A DNA stretch of 60,436 nucleotides, filler included, from Nemertoderma westbladi (GCA_032718475.1; 3 parts of 3 records of this genome joined end to end with filler, not necessarily neighbours in it), one strand, 5' to 3'. Numbered from the whole stretch's first letter, positions 12,316-25,623 are shown. Notes: a model not told the origin generated them from the letters alone. Numbers and translations: made by a program.

Positions 12316-13244
12316 TCTAATGTTCTAACTTTGCTTGAATTTCGATTGATAAACAGAACGACGATTGATGAACAGAAGAATAAGAAATTATAGGCCTACA
12401 GCCTACTGACTGACTAAATAGAAATATAAGCAACGTCTGTAGGATAAACAGGTAAAGCGAGATACGTCAAACATTTAGGTTTTTGCCCACAAATTCCGAT
12501 CTAAACCATTAGGCCTATTGGTTTTTTTGTACCCGTTGGTTGAGTCATTCAGAAAAATTCACATCGTAAATTGTTTACTGTCATGTAATAGCTGTCGCTT
12601 AGAAATTGTAGCTGAACGGTGTATCAGATGCAACTAATTTACTGGTGAAAAAAATTTTTTCGACCATAGCAACCAGGTGAAAAGAGACTTCAAAGTTAGC
12701 AACTTTTACGATGTGCATTGCATAGCAACCAGCAACGGCCCTTTCGCTGGTTCCACCAACTTCCAATCGACGTCTTGAGTGAGTCTTGACCGACTATATA
12801 GACTATAAGGAACAATATGCAGATATTTTCATTTTCTATTTTGCATAGCAACTGGTCAAATTTGAATAGCAACGTGCAAATAATGGACACGGAAACTTCG
12901 AACTAATTGTAATATCTACACCCGATATATTGATAATGTCCAACAATACTGCAATATACAGGTACTGTACACTCACTTTCAAAATAATGATATTGTTATG
13001 TTATGTATGTTGAAGCTTTTTGACTGACCTGATTCCGGAAGCCACTACCAGACTACTACTACTGACTACTATAATCGGCCTGTTGCATTGAACTGTATGA
13101 CTGTTGAAGAAATTTTCCAAGTTGAATTTACGTGTGGCCTTCGAGAAGGTAAGATAAATTCAGTTAATTAATATAACTTATTATTTTAATAATGCACATT
13201 TATATTGTAAAGGTCTAATTATATTATTAATTGTGTCCCTTCAG

Positions 13245-14975
13245 TTTAGTCTAAAATGTCAAAGAGCCCACCTGGAGATGGGCCAGCAGTGGCCATCACC
13301 GAAGCCGCATTCCCAACCAAGATGGCCACCAGGATCCGTTGGAGGAGGAACCTGTGCGACTTTGCTTCATGGGTCACAGTATGGAGGCGAGAACCGATCT
13401 CCATGAGGAAGACGGCTGTCTCGGGCCCGGGGCGGCCCAGTGTCTAAAAGGCCACATGATGAAAGATGTGGCCCCTCTCCATTACCTCACCGTAGGTTGC
13501 GTTCTTCCCTCGTTCTGCCCCCTCCACAGTGCGGCCGCCCGCAACGAGTGTTGACTGGAGGTGACTGGGAGATAGAGGGTCCACTACTGTGACGTCACAG
13601 GTGAGGGTTCGACCCTGGCTCCATGGAACGAGAGTTATTCCACTCTCTGGAAGAGAGTTATTCAACTCTCTTTCCATCGTTCCTACAGAGGCCCAGGGGT
13701 TCGAGCATGGAGGGGATACCACAGCTCACCAGTGCCCGCCTAACAATATCGTTGAGGATTGTATGACGAGGGATCCGGCCTGCGCTCCTGCGGCAATTGA
13801 GACCATTGGCTGCGACAGGACTACCACACCAATCGCAGTCATGGGGTTCTACGACTTTGCACCCCAAACGGGTGGCAGTGGCGATCCAGAATTGTGCATC
13901 GGTTAGCTTCAGGCCCAATGCCACATTCTGAAGTGCATCAAGCCAGCAGCCCGCAGTGGGGTCATCAATCGAGTTCAGGCAGGCGAGGTCAAGGGGTGAC
14001 GTTATAAGGCGGAGAGTAGCACGAGTTTATTACGTAGCACGAGCACCATTATGTAGATGGTCAATCCAGACACTCTGCTTAGATACTGTGGTCGTTGATG
14101 TGTCTTGAAGGACTTGGCAGGACCACCTTGGCTGAGTCCGTGACTGGGTCTGGGGTCCTTGCTGATGGGAACAAGCGATCGGAGAGAGCAGAGCAGGCAG
14201 TCGCGGAAGCCAGAAAGGCAGAGGGTGCGAGCTGCACTGCCGAGCTAAGACCGAGACCACCCATCCGTGCAGGAACACAGGCCTGGGCCTATGCAGGGTC
14301 GTCGAGGTGGATGTTAGTGACCCTTTCGAGTGCGCCACAAAGTACTCGGTCATAGTCCTACAGTAACCCTGGGAATCTGAAGGAGGGCGCCATCCTGAGG
14401 AAATATGTCAGCCGGGGCATGGCAAATGCAAAATGAGTTCCTCAGGAGGAAGAACCCATGGTGCTCGTCCAGGTGAGGCAGACGACTGGTAATTATCGAG
14501 AGGTCTTCAACCTTCCTGGTGAGGCAGGAAGCCATGGCTCCATTGCCGATAGGAGCTCCCAGGGCCCAGCACCAGCATGGTCAGGTTTTCCAACGGGGGG
14601 TACTGGATACCTGGGCAAATGGCGTCAAACTCCGACTGGATCGCGGAGCGGGACTCCTCCGTCTCCTCGCCCAGGAAGAACAGCTCGGTTTTCCTTGGGT
14701 TGATAGTTAACACGCACTTCTGTGGTTCTGCCCATCTTCCATCAGCCGCAATAGGTCTCGGAGGACGACATGGAAGTCGTCAGTAATGTTCCCATCATCC
14801 AAGTACCAGCTATGTTGAATTTGGTTGGAGTCCATCAACTGGATGATGGAGTTAGCAGTGTCACCAAAGTGAAAGAGCCGAGGGCCATCCGTGTCACCCT
14901 GCTGCACTCCCTCATCAGAGAGAAGAGTCCATTCTCCATAAAGGAGGAATGTCGCTTCCCCATATACTGCGAGTG
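13245..14975 (-). mobile_element. Decayed CRE-like non-LTR retrotransposon (RT plus restriction-like endonuclease), 5'-truncated and frameshifted
   Basis: Fragments encode QQGD..GP and WYLDDG (RT), GGLGL, a CxxC...C...RH zinc knuckle, GITLVPWSQGRTLTCDVTVVD (PD..D endonuclease) and a terminal FLLQRILVAILVGNAASV. Confidence 0.88.
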
Positions 14976-16805
14976 TGTAATTGATGTATTAATTAATTAA
15001 TGTTTGTTAGGGTAAAAGAAGCATTTTCAACATGACTTTTAATGGAAATTAATTATTTTATAGTATAAGATATAAATAATTATACTTAAAAATTAGGCCC
15101 ATACCTACCTGCATACACTGACACAGCTGTAATCCCCATACTCCATTTCATTATAGTTTTAAATTTGTGCAGAAGTGATTTGGTTTAAGAAATGTGTTTT
15201 TAATTGATCTAAACGTAATTAAGTTATTAAAATACCCCATCAACCGTCACTCTATACTTTAGGCTCCCTTATTCCAAGGCATGCTTGCTATTGCCTAGCC
15301 TAACTGGGAAGTTAGAACGAAAAAAAAGTTCTAAGACTAAGAAGGGAAGGGAAGCCTTGTAATAAGCCATACTAATACAGTCAGGGAGAAGTTATATTTT
15401 CAACTGAGTTGAAATTTCAACTTTATTTTTCAAAATTCAACTTTTTATTAAAATTCAACTTTTGTAGTAGAGTTTAAAATTCAATTTTTTTTTAAAATTC
15501 AACTTTTGGAGTAGCTTTTGAAATTCTGAAATGTGGAATTGGAATCCATTACTGGTATTCCATTGTATAATAATTACGACATTCAGCGGTAATTAAATAT
15601 ATACATCTTATAAATTCCCGTAGTATTTCAGCTAATTTGCAATTGTAATCACTTAAAATGTTTTTAAAAAATGTAATCCCGACGGTTAAAGTTTTTATTC
15701 CATCGGTCAGTCGGTAATGCTGCAATGAGGGTTAATTTTTCGAGTTACATCCATAAAAACAATGAAAACACCCCTTCTGTCACGTCTTGGGGGCCTTCTG
15801 CGCCTCCTGCCATTTTAGAGTTGAATTTACAACTTTCCAATTAATACCTGCCTTTCATCAATCCTGTGTGCGCCTTTGGGTTGGGGGTGGTGCAGATAAA
15901 GAGGGAGGTTGATGGGGTGGGGGGGGGGGGGGGGGCTTTATTCCCCACTCTTTGATTTCTTGAATACCGAGTTTGTGATACAGTCTGCAGTCTGACAGTA
16001 GAATTGCTCAATATTAATCTGTATCTACTGATCTAAGCCTCGTGCTGCGTGAAGGCCCCACGAACGTGTCTGACTGTACCGTATATTGTTCGACATTATT
16101 AAGATAACGGCAAATCGGGTGCAGTGCACGTACGCCTATTTGTTCGAAGATAAGAAGATTCTGTATCCATTAGGTAAGAGTTCGTCATTCGTTGCTATGG
16201 AAATTTGACTTCTGGTATGTAAAATAGAAATGAAAATATCTGCACTGCACTGCATCTGCATATTCCATATTCAGATATTGTTCCTTACAGCAGTACAGCC
16301 TTATACTCTACCTATAGCTTATCAGCTTATAGTTGGCAGAAAGGACGAACTGACGAAAGGGCAGTTGCTCGGTAGCTATGAACATTGTAAAAGTTTCTAA
16401 CTTTGAATTGAGTCATTTTTCACCTGGCAGCTTAGTTAGGCTGTTACAGTGTTAGGTCAGCTATGCCTATGGCTGTATCCTGTATGCCTGTATGGTCGAA
16501 AATTGGTTTTTCACCAGTCAGTCAGTAGACAGGTAGGCCTACCGGTATGCGAGTAAGGCTGTACGGTCAGACCCAGACGGTACCTGCAGCCTAGGTACTA
16601 CTTCAGTAGCCTACTTATTTATATTTAAAGATTTAGGGGCAGCGGGCAGAGGGGCAGGGGGGCTTGAGCCTGTAAGCAGCTAAGTCTGTCAGTCTGTAAG
16701 TACCGGTAGGTAGGTCAGTAGCTCAGTTGTAGCTTGTAGGTACCTGCCACCTGCCACCCAACCGCCAACCCACCACACCACACAGCGACACAGCCACACA
16801 GCACC

Positions 16806-19051
16806 GAGGTAGAATAAAACGTCTGTCCTTATCTGATCTGATCTGATCTGACAGCATCTGATCCTATAACCAATCAGGAGAAAGATATATAATATTTACC
16901 TGTCTGTTAGGTAAATAGCCAATAGCTGAATAGGGGATCACGTTTCACGTTGCCTGTTTATGTATCAGTATCATCATATGACGTAGCAGTACAGGCATAC
17001 CGGTATGGGCGGTATGCATCTAATGCACAAAGGCATATTATTATACCTATTTATTATTATATATTTACACCTATTAAAAATGCGATATAGGATGAAGGAT
17101 GGCGGGTATGAAAGTTGTATGTGTTGTGTATGTGTTGGCGGGTATGTAAACAACTTTCGTAGATTTAGTTGGTGTTGAAACATTAAACATTTATTAAAAA
17201 CAATACAGCCTTTGCTGCAATATTTTCGTAAATCTTTCTTGTTAGTAGTTATCATTATTAATAGTTAAAGTTAATTATATTAATTATAATTAATATTATT
17301 AATTAAGTAATGATACTTATTAATACATTACATTTAAAATATTTATTGTTTGTTTGTTACGCTAAACATCTAAAGGGAAGGCAGGAAGGGGTATCTCTCT
17401 AGGCCTACTGTACAGTACAGTGATAGTGTGTATATGACGAAACACTTACTGACTTATGCCCCATATTGCCAGCTGCTACAGTGGAGTTTATACTCAGACG
17501 ATGAAGGAATATGGGAATGTGGGAATTAATAAACGCTGTTGTTACCTTCCAATTGAAGGAAAAGAGCTGGTTACAGCGGCTGTAATTTCTAACCAAAACA
17601 ATAAACGACGTTTTACCTACAAATTAAGAGAAAGGAGCAGGTTACCGAGACAGGGTTTTCCAACCAAAACAATTAACGATTTTGTTACCACCAATTGAGG
17701 GAAAGGAGAATATGTTACCGCGGCGGCTTGTTTACACCCTCCTTCTTCATAACCGTCCGACTGACTGATCAATAGATCATCCCCCTCAAAAAAATAAAGG
17801 ACATCGCGCACGCGCATAAAACACTTAATAAAGATAAATTTAATAAAAAAACTCGACCGAAAAGTGAAATCCTGGTATTCTATACATGGGCTGATGGGCG
17901 AAGAATACCAGACTTTCTGCCGTTATATTTCACTTTGCAGTTACCCCCATGTGAAGAATACCAGACTTTATGCCGTTATATTTCACTTTGCAGTTACCCC
18001 CATGTGAAGAATACCAGGTTCTCACCAAAAACACAGGTTACAGAACGGCTGAATATAACCAAAACAATAAACGAATTAGTACATTTACAGGTTATAAGAC
18101 ATAAATAAGCTCTATAATACACTCAATAAAGATAAATTAAAAAATAATTAAAATCTTCATATATAAAATTCCAATAAAAGTCGACCGAAAAGTGAAATCC
18201 TGGTATTCTTTACATGGGCCGGCACCAAAATTTGGCACCAGCCGCTAAAAACAAATTTTTAAAAGATTTCTAGCTTATTTTATTTGAATTCCTTTTAGTT
18301 CGTTTCAGTTAGTCTTTTAGTTAGTATCGTTAGTTTCAGAGCGGGAGGTGTTATATTGACCACCCCCCCCCCCCGGGTTTAAGGGGATTGATTGATTAAT
18401 TGCTTGATATTTTTTTCCAGATTAACAATATAAAACAATTTACATATTAAACACTAAAATAAGGAACTGGTAAATAATATATAATAGTGTATAGTGTACG
18501 TGTAGTTACTACTGTATTTAATTACTTAAGTAATAGATAGGGCCTACTGATCAAACTGAAAGTAAATAAAAATGTAACTGAAAATAGTGTAGCTGTGTAG
18601 TGAACGTCTATGATATCGGGCTTGTCTAATCAGCACGATTTATGATTACCTAATTAAAAGTTTAAAAATAGTCTTAATGAGCTGTACCAATTGCAAACGT
18701 TAAAACGGAGGGATAGCCTTATGCGGTGAACCGCGTTTCCATAAGGGTCCCTCCCAGTAATACCGGGGAAACTTCACATGCTGGTCGACATAGGCAGAAA
18801 GTCCAGTACTCATTTAGCTACTATTTAAGGATGCAAGGCAGAGATGCCTCGCTAAACCCTTCAAAACATTCGTGCCGAAACGAAAACTACCTTGGCCCCC
18901 ACGCCGGGGTTGAACCCAGAACCTCCGAGATATGTGAATTCAATATAACCACTACACCAAGGTGCGCTCTGAACCAAGGTGGAACAAGTGTCAGATACCG
19001 TCAGATCAGATCAGATCAGATCAGATAAGGACAGACGTTTTAGCCATCCTA
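16806..19051. mobile_element. Mutator-like (MULE) non-autonomous element, copy B (inverted relative to copy A)
   Basis: Same TIRs as 10256-11398. 9-bp TSD CACAGCACC at 16797-16805 and 19052-19060. 16806-17700 is an inverted copy of ~10650-11398. Confidence 0.9.
18715..18962 (-). mobile_element. tRNA-derived SINE carried inside MULE copy B
   Basis: A-box TGGTGTAGTGG, B-box GGTTCAACCCC, then the GCCTTGCATCC...TAAATGAGTAC core. The head also occurs in copy A at ~10324-10398. Confidence 0.7.
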
Positions 19052-20265
19052 CACAGCACCACCTACAGACCTACAGACAGACAGATCCACTGCAGTACTG
19101 CCTACCGGCTAACCGCCTAACCGGTACTGACACATGCCTGCACGCCCACTGCCCACGCGCCCACGGTAACTCTGTAACTTTTGGAAAATCTGAACTGACA
19201 GACAGACAAACTGACACTCCAGCACTGACTGCTGACGTCAGAAGTACCAGATTGCAGACTGCAGAGAGGAAAACCAGGGGTAAATCTTTTCGACCTATGC
19301 GTAGGCCTACGCATAGCTCTACGCATAGCTACGCCGCTATGCGTAGTTCGCAACATTGGGTCATATATCACCAGTTTCAGAGTTTTAACATTAACTACGC
19401 GTAGGTGCTACGTATAACTACGCGTAGGTGCTGGTGCTACCCATAACTATGCCTATACGTCGCGTTTATCATTAGTAGGATTACATAGGCTATTCCAAGC
19501 GTGTCAGTACTAAAATAAGACAAAACATGTTTAATAAACAACCCACAAACATCAAATGCTTTCAACAGTAATGTATCCTATACCTGTATACTCTCTTGAG
19601 GCATACGCTAAGACTATATTCTTCACTTCATGCGTTGCGGGTGCTAAAATGTGTTACCGGTAATAATGTTTAGAGTTCAAAAATAGTTTACAAAGGAAAT
19701 AGGCCGATGGTTCTTATCGATTCTCTATGCCTTTTATTGCCTTTGTTCACGATAGGGCAAGGATATATTTAATATGTTAACCCCTTAACAAGGGAAGGGG
19801 GAGACTAAATTGTCTACCATGATTGGTTGCACTTGTTATTTGACCAAACACTGAAACAATTGAATTATATGCAGTATTTATCAGCTTTCGCTTAATCAAT
19901 TCACCGGTAGACTGGTAGCTTACAGTCCCAATCCCAATAAACATTAACTTGGTCGTTTTGGCGGCCAAAATGACCAAAATCGCCAAAAAAATGTAGTGTA
20001 TTCCTAGGGGCTACTTGGTCGTTTTGGCGAAGCGATTTAACTCGAATCAGCTAAGTCCAGACATTCAGTCTCCTTGGCCATCCATTTGGTGGATCTGACT
20101 AAATGTCGGCTCGCTTTCATTTTTATTATTGACAGATTGTTAACTTACCCGGCGCTGAACCTTGCAGTACTGGAGTCCGCCCACTCAGGCATTGATAGAG
20201 TACACAGTCTTATAAAAGGAGTTGAATGGGGCTTTGTTAAAGGAGGAGTATGTATAATAATCTGA

Positions 20266-20430
20266 ACGTCCCGAAATTAATTTATGGACGTCCCGAAATT
20301 AACTTATGGACGTCCCGAAATTAATTTATGGACGTCCCAAAATTAATCTATCAACCAATTAGAATCGTAATGAAATAACTAATTAATGGACGTCCATAAA
20401 TTAATTTCGGGATGTTAATTTCGGAAATTA
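20266..20430. repeat. 22-bp tandem repeat (GACGTCCCGAAATTAATTTATG)x4 with an inverted copy
   Basis: Direct copies at 20266-20350; reverse-complement copy near 20388-20425. Confidence 0.8.
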
Positions 20431-20516
20431 ATTTCAATAATATTTTTTTTTATAATAAAATTTTTTTTTAATATTTTTTTACAATGTACAATGTACAATA
20501 ATTCGCGGACACTGCG

Positions 20517-20922
20517 GGGTGACTACAAAACAAAGACCCAATTATAACGACCTACATAATCTTGTTACATGTGTTAACTTTCGTTAATTGTTTTGAATCC
20601 CCCGTCACGCATCTGTAACTTTCTCCTTTACTAACCTGCCCCTTTAAATAGCAATGGTACATAACGCTCATTGTGACCTGTACAAAACAAAGAGGTAAAG
20701 TCGCGTTACGTCCCAAAGAGCGTTAGGTTCCAAACAGCTTTAGGTCCCATTGCCAGAGAGAGTGAGGTCACATTGCCATTTAAAGGAGCAGGTTAGTAAA
20801 GAAGCAGGTTACAGAGGCGTGTTGGGGAACAAAAACAATAAACGAAAGTTAATAACACATGTGTTTTGTATTTGTACAGGTCTTTATTATTTGGGTCGTT
20901 GGTCTTTGTTTTGTAGTCACCC
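20517..20922. mobile_element. Mutator-like MITE nested in the Tc1/mariner-type element
   Basis: TIR GGGTGACTACAAAACAAAGACC; 9-bp TSD GACACTGCG at 20508-20516 and 20923-20931. Confidence 0.9.
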
Positions 20923-21687
20923 GACACTGCGGTGTTGCGTGGGAGCCACCAATCCACCCACCCACACTCAACTCCCAACTTCCTGGACACTAGGATACTG
21001 AGTGAAAGCGTCTAAAACTACAGTACTACAGGAACTCCATGACAGACTATGGGCTAGCGACTAGGGACTGGCGCCCTTGAACATGTAAACTGTAGAAACT
21101 ACTGTACCACCTACCTTAAAGTGACCTGTGGGACCAGCCCATTATTAGTGAGGTCGGCATTTCTCTTTATCCTGCCGCTCTCTTTGTATTACAATAGCAT
21201 ACAGCTAACCAATGGCAATGGTCTACCCCCAGTGCGGTTTTCTATCTGCCAACATCCTGTGCTTTACTTACATTCAGCCTCTATTCACTGGCTGTGATTG
21301 ACAAGCCAACTTGCCTCAGAAGTTCCTTTCATGAATGCCGCAATTTATATTTGGCCATTTTGGTCGTTTTGGCCGCCAAAATGACCAAGTTAATGTTTAT
21401 TGGGATTGGGACTGTACTACTGTAGAATATTTAAATAATCCAATGGAAACAAAGATACTTGAATCATGTCTACTTTTAATTCATCCTGTGTTTTTATGTG
21501 AAAGAGCCGAATATTATTTATTACCCGTGCTGTATGCAGAGATGCAGATGACTGTATGAGTTTCCGATTCTGTTATTCCATTTGTCTGATAATCAGATAC
21601 CTGACATATACCGATACTTGCCTAACAACTCAACCCTACCGGACCTGAAATGAAAAATCATTGTTATCAGGACTGCTACGCGTAGCA

Positions 21688-21787
21688 NNNNNNNNNNNNN
21701 NNNNNNNNNNNNNNNNNNNNNNNNNNNNNNNTTAATTAATTAANNNNNNNNNNNNNNNNNNNNNNNNNNNNNNNNNNNNNNNNNNNN
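21688..21787. other. Assembly/concatenation spacer (44 N + TTAATTAATTAA + 44 N)
   Basis: N-run with a six-frame stop linker; an identical structure occurs at 45406-45505. Confidence 0.97.
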
Positions 21788-22392
21788 GATTTATGGGTTC
21801 TGCAAACAAACTAATATCATAGTACCGGTACAATAGAAGTCGAATCAAAACGAATTAAATTATATGGAAATGTCAGAAGCAAAGCACGTGTACAACTCAC
21901 ACACTGCCTTATGGTACAAAGTGCGCAATGCTATATGATAAGAGGATACATATAATATAATATACTTAATTACTGTGTAATAGTGGCACAGAGAGCTTGA
22001 ACAAATACATTTTACATATTCACACCCGAGTGCGAAGGGCCGAGCTACTCAAGACAAAATGTTTCAAACGGGAAAGGTAATTCATTTTTAATGGTCTGGC
22101 GATCTGTGTACATAATATGGAAGCAACCATAACGTAATGCGGGGTTAATGTGTGTTTGGGCTGCTGGACAGACCGATGCGACAGCAGTTATTTCAAAAAA
22201 TGCAGGACCGGCGTAACGCCGCACAGAATCTCAATCCACCAAGCTGTTGGCGTGTTGGGGGTGGGTAGTCTGCTGCGCTACATAAATATAACATTTCCAC
22301 ATTACAGCAGCAATCGATAAACAATATATCAAATATAAAATTGATCAGCTATTCATGAATAATGAATTCAGCAGAAGTTCTCTGTATTCGGA

Positions 22393-22545
22393 CAGGAAAA
22401 AGGAAAAGCATACACGCAAAGCAAATCGATAACAACATGTCCAAGGTCTGGAAATCAGACGAGTATGGAATACCGGTATATACTTTATATTGAACCAGAG
22501 GACCCTGTTTTACTCTATGATAGTCCATGTTGGACTCTTACAGTG
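22393..22545 (+). mobile_element. Highly decayed RTE LINE fragment
   Basis: Encodes GKA...NNMSKVWKS and PVLLYDSPCWTLT, homologous to the 9682-10206 ORF (PILLYGSPCWALT). Confidence 0.6.
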
Positions 22546-22943
22546 ACCCCTATAACTTTCCTAACTCCAGCAGCTTAATGACAATGAACTCGAAAACCTC
22601 GCCGAAATTAGAGTGTGTATGATGAATTGTATAAAAGTGATATTTATCTGACAAGTAGTTGGGCAACAATGCAATACCTCGATAATAAATAATACTAGTG
22701 CGTAGCTATAAACTTATTAATTAATTATTATATACCAATTAAATCGCAAAATAAAACTCGGAACCTTTACTTTGCACTACGCTCCTTTAAATTTAAATTT
22801 AATATTCTGGTGGCGGTTTGTGTGTGTATTATTAATTATAATAGTTAATTCATAATTATTGTGCTCTAAACTATATTACTTTGATTAAAGGTGTAGTTAA
22901 ACTAAAAAAAAAAAAAAAAAAATTAAATCGCAAAAATAAATTT

Positions 22944-23022
22944 GTCACCGCCAGGAATCGAACCCGGGAATCCCAATTACCGGTAACGTATGCTGAGCTG
23001 ACCAGGACCACTCCACCACTCC
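22944..23022 (-). mobile_element. tRNA-like (SINE head or pseudo-tRNA) sequence
   Basis: TGGTGGAGTGG A-box-like motif and GGTTCGATTCC B-box; no convincing acceptor or anticodon stems. Confidence 0.45.
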
Positions 23023-23410
23023 ATACAGTAGTTATTATTATCCTGGAACGATCCCCCACATCCCATATTTTATTTAAAAAATTTCACGCTTTCTATAAAT
23101 TCACAATATTTTTATCTGGACACTGGAGTGAAATATATGTAAGTCATAAAGGAAAATGATTGGTGAAAAAGCAAAACACCGGAGGCAAACCAAATACTCT
23201 CTCTCTCTCTCTCGGCTGTTACCTGTAAGGCAGGGGGGGGGGGGGGGGACACTGACTCCCCTTACCTCTGTCTTATACTCCCCCAGAATATGTCAGGTGC
23301 CCATGACAGCTGGGAGGGCTGAAGTTAGTTCCTTAGAGTTAAAAGCTCAACGAAAAGTGGGCTGTTCCTTATCTCACGACCTTCCTTGAAAACCTGAATA
23401 TCATTAATTC

Positions 23411-24248
23411 ATGAGTAGCTGGACAACCACAGATGAGTACTGTAGCTGGACAACTACCCATGAGTAGCTGGACAACTACCCATGAGTAGCTGGACAACTA
23501 CCCATGAGTAGCTGGACAACTACCCATGAGTAGCTGGACAACTACCCATGAGTAGCTGGACAACTACCCATGAGTAGCTGGACAACCACCCATGAGTAGC
23601 TGGACAACTACCCATGAGTAGCTGGGCATCTACCTATGAGTAACTGGACAACTACCCATGAGTAGCTGGACAACTACCCATGAGTAGCTGGACAACCACC
23701 CATGAGTAGCTGGACAACTACAGATGAGTAGCTGGACAACTACAGATGAGTACCTGGACAACTACCCATGAGTAGCTGGACAACTACCCATGAGTAGCTG
23801 GACAACTACCCATGAGTAGCTGGACAACTACCCATGAGTAGCTGGACGACTACCCATGAGTAGCTGGACAACCACCCATGAGTAGCTGGACAACTACCCA
23901 TGAGTAGCTGGACAACTACCCATGAGTAGCTGGGCATCTACCTATGAGTAACTGGACAACTACCCATGAGTAGCTGGACAACTACCCATGAGTAGCTGGA
24001 CAACCACCCATGAGTAGCTGGACAACTACAGATGAGTAGCTGGACAACTACAGATGAGTACCTGGACAACTACCCATGAGTAGCTGGACAACTACCCATG
24101 AGTAGCTGGACAACCACCCATGAGTAGCTGGACAACTACCCATGAGTAGCTAGACAACTACCCATGAGTAGCTGGACAACTACCCATGAGTAGCTGGGCA
24201 ACTACCTATGAGTAACTGGACAACTAACTATGAGTAACTGGACAACTA
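23411..24248. repeat. 22-bp minisatellite (TGAGTAGCTGGACAACTACCCA)n, ~37 copies, in putative MACO1 intron
   Basis: Directly visible tandem array with repeating variant patterns (higher-order duplication). Confidence 0.97.
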
Positions 24249-24367
24249 TGTTAAACAAACCCATAATAGATCGATATGCTTAGTTTACCTGTTGTACATT
24301 ATTAATAGGACTATTATGTTGTAGAACAATGCTAGAATAAACGACCACGATGGTGACGGGATCTAAC

Positions 24368-25623
24368 CTTTTGATCTCTCCCTCCAGTCTCGAGATGTTG
24401 TCGTTCTTGGGGGACCAGGAGTTCCCGCAACTCGCCGCGTCGTTCGCCTTGGTCTGATTCACGATCGTGTTGGCGGCGTTCAGCTGTCCGTGTTTCCGGC
24501 TCCGAGTGCGTTCCGATTCGTCCGCCGCCGACCCGTAGCTGTTCGCTTTGTTGCACCGCGCGGACAGCCCCAAAGCCGGCTGCACGGACGACTTGTAACC
24601 CGCCTTCCCCCCGGCCTGCAGCTCGTTCAGGGTATCCTTATTGTAGTCGTTGACGCTGCGAGACGGCGGCTTGGCCAACAGTTCCGGGTGGTTGTTGAAC
24701 GCTTCGCCCCCCGTATTGCACACGTTGTTGCTGGGACCCGTCGCTGGGGGCGTACGGGGCGGCGTCTCCTTCGCAGTGACGCCGCTCGTCGCGTTGGTTA
24801 CCAGTTTATACGCGGCGGCGAACAGCGATCGAGCCGCGCTCGCGATTCGAGCTGAACACGTCCCCGACGAGGAACTTATCTGAACGTAAGCTACGCAGAG
24901 CGGAACAGCCGCGCCGTTGCTTAGCGACCCGTTGCTGAGAGACGCCGCGTCCGTCGTGATCTGACGATCGGGCGTCTCGCCTATGGCTCGTTGCGCCTCT
25001 ACCGGTAACGCTTGGCGCAGCAACTGGAAGTAAAACTCATTCTCTTCGCGAACCTCGCGTTGTTTCCGTAACCGCATTTTGTAACTCACGTAGGATTTAA
25101 ACCCAAAGCCGAGTGTTACCATTGGGTAGCCGATGCAATGGGCGGCGAACGGCCGACATAGATCCATGTGGAAAGGGAGGGATTTTAAATCACGAAGTCG
25201 AACTGACGCCTCGATATATATGAAAAGAAGCCATAGAGAGACGGTAGGTAAACATACGCCTTTCTCCGTATGCCAAACGTACTGAACCCAGACGTAGGTG
25301 GATGCGAGGAAGAATAGCCAATGGACGGGCACGAAGAGCAGACAGACCATGTCCGATGTGAACGCTATGCAAACGAAAAATACGGAGAAAGCCAAACCCT
25401 GGTATTTAAACGAGTCATAAACACTGCGCAGAAGCAGCCAGAACGGCCACATATACTCAAAGCGAAACTCAAGCAGGAAATCGGCTAGTAAGACTAAGAA
25501 CCAGATGGTTAGTAGCTTCACGTATATGAATGTGTTGCTGCTGTATAGATTCTCAGATATTCTCGACCGCTTCAATGGCCGTCTCAACTTCCCACTCTCC
25601 GCAGTTCTTCGTTTGAGATTCAT
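24368..25623 (-). CDS. MACO1: Macoilin (TMEM57), first coding exon; C-terminal coiled-coil exons not found in window
   Basis: KLRRPLKR, LEFRFEYMWPFWLLLRSVYDSFKYQGLAFSVFFVC and DLCRPFAAHCIGYP are diagnostic of macoilin. ATG at 25623. Likely donor AG|gttaga after RLEGEIK at 24367. Confidence 0.95.

Larger units (their letters stand above)
19923..21414. mobile_element. Tc1/mariner-type non-autonomous element
   Basis: ~60-bp TIRs CAGTCCCAATCCCAATAAACATTAACTTGGTC..., flanked by TA on both sides. Confidence 0.85.

Noticed and set aside
21732-21743. TTAATTAATTAA palindrome within N runs
   Set aside because: Artificial linker, not biological; synteny across it should not be assumed.
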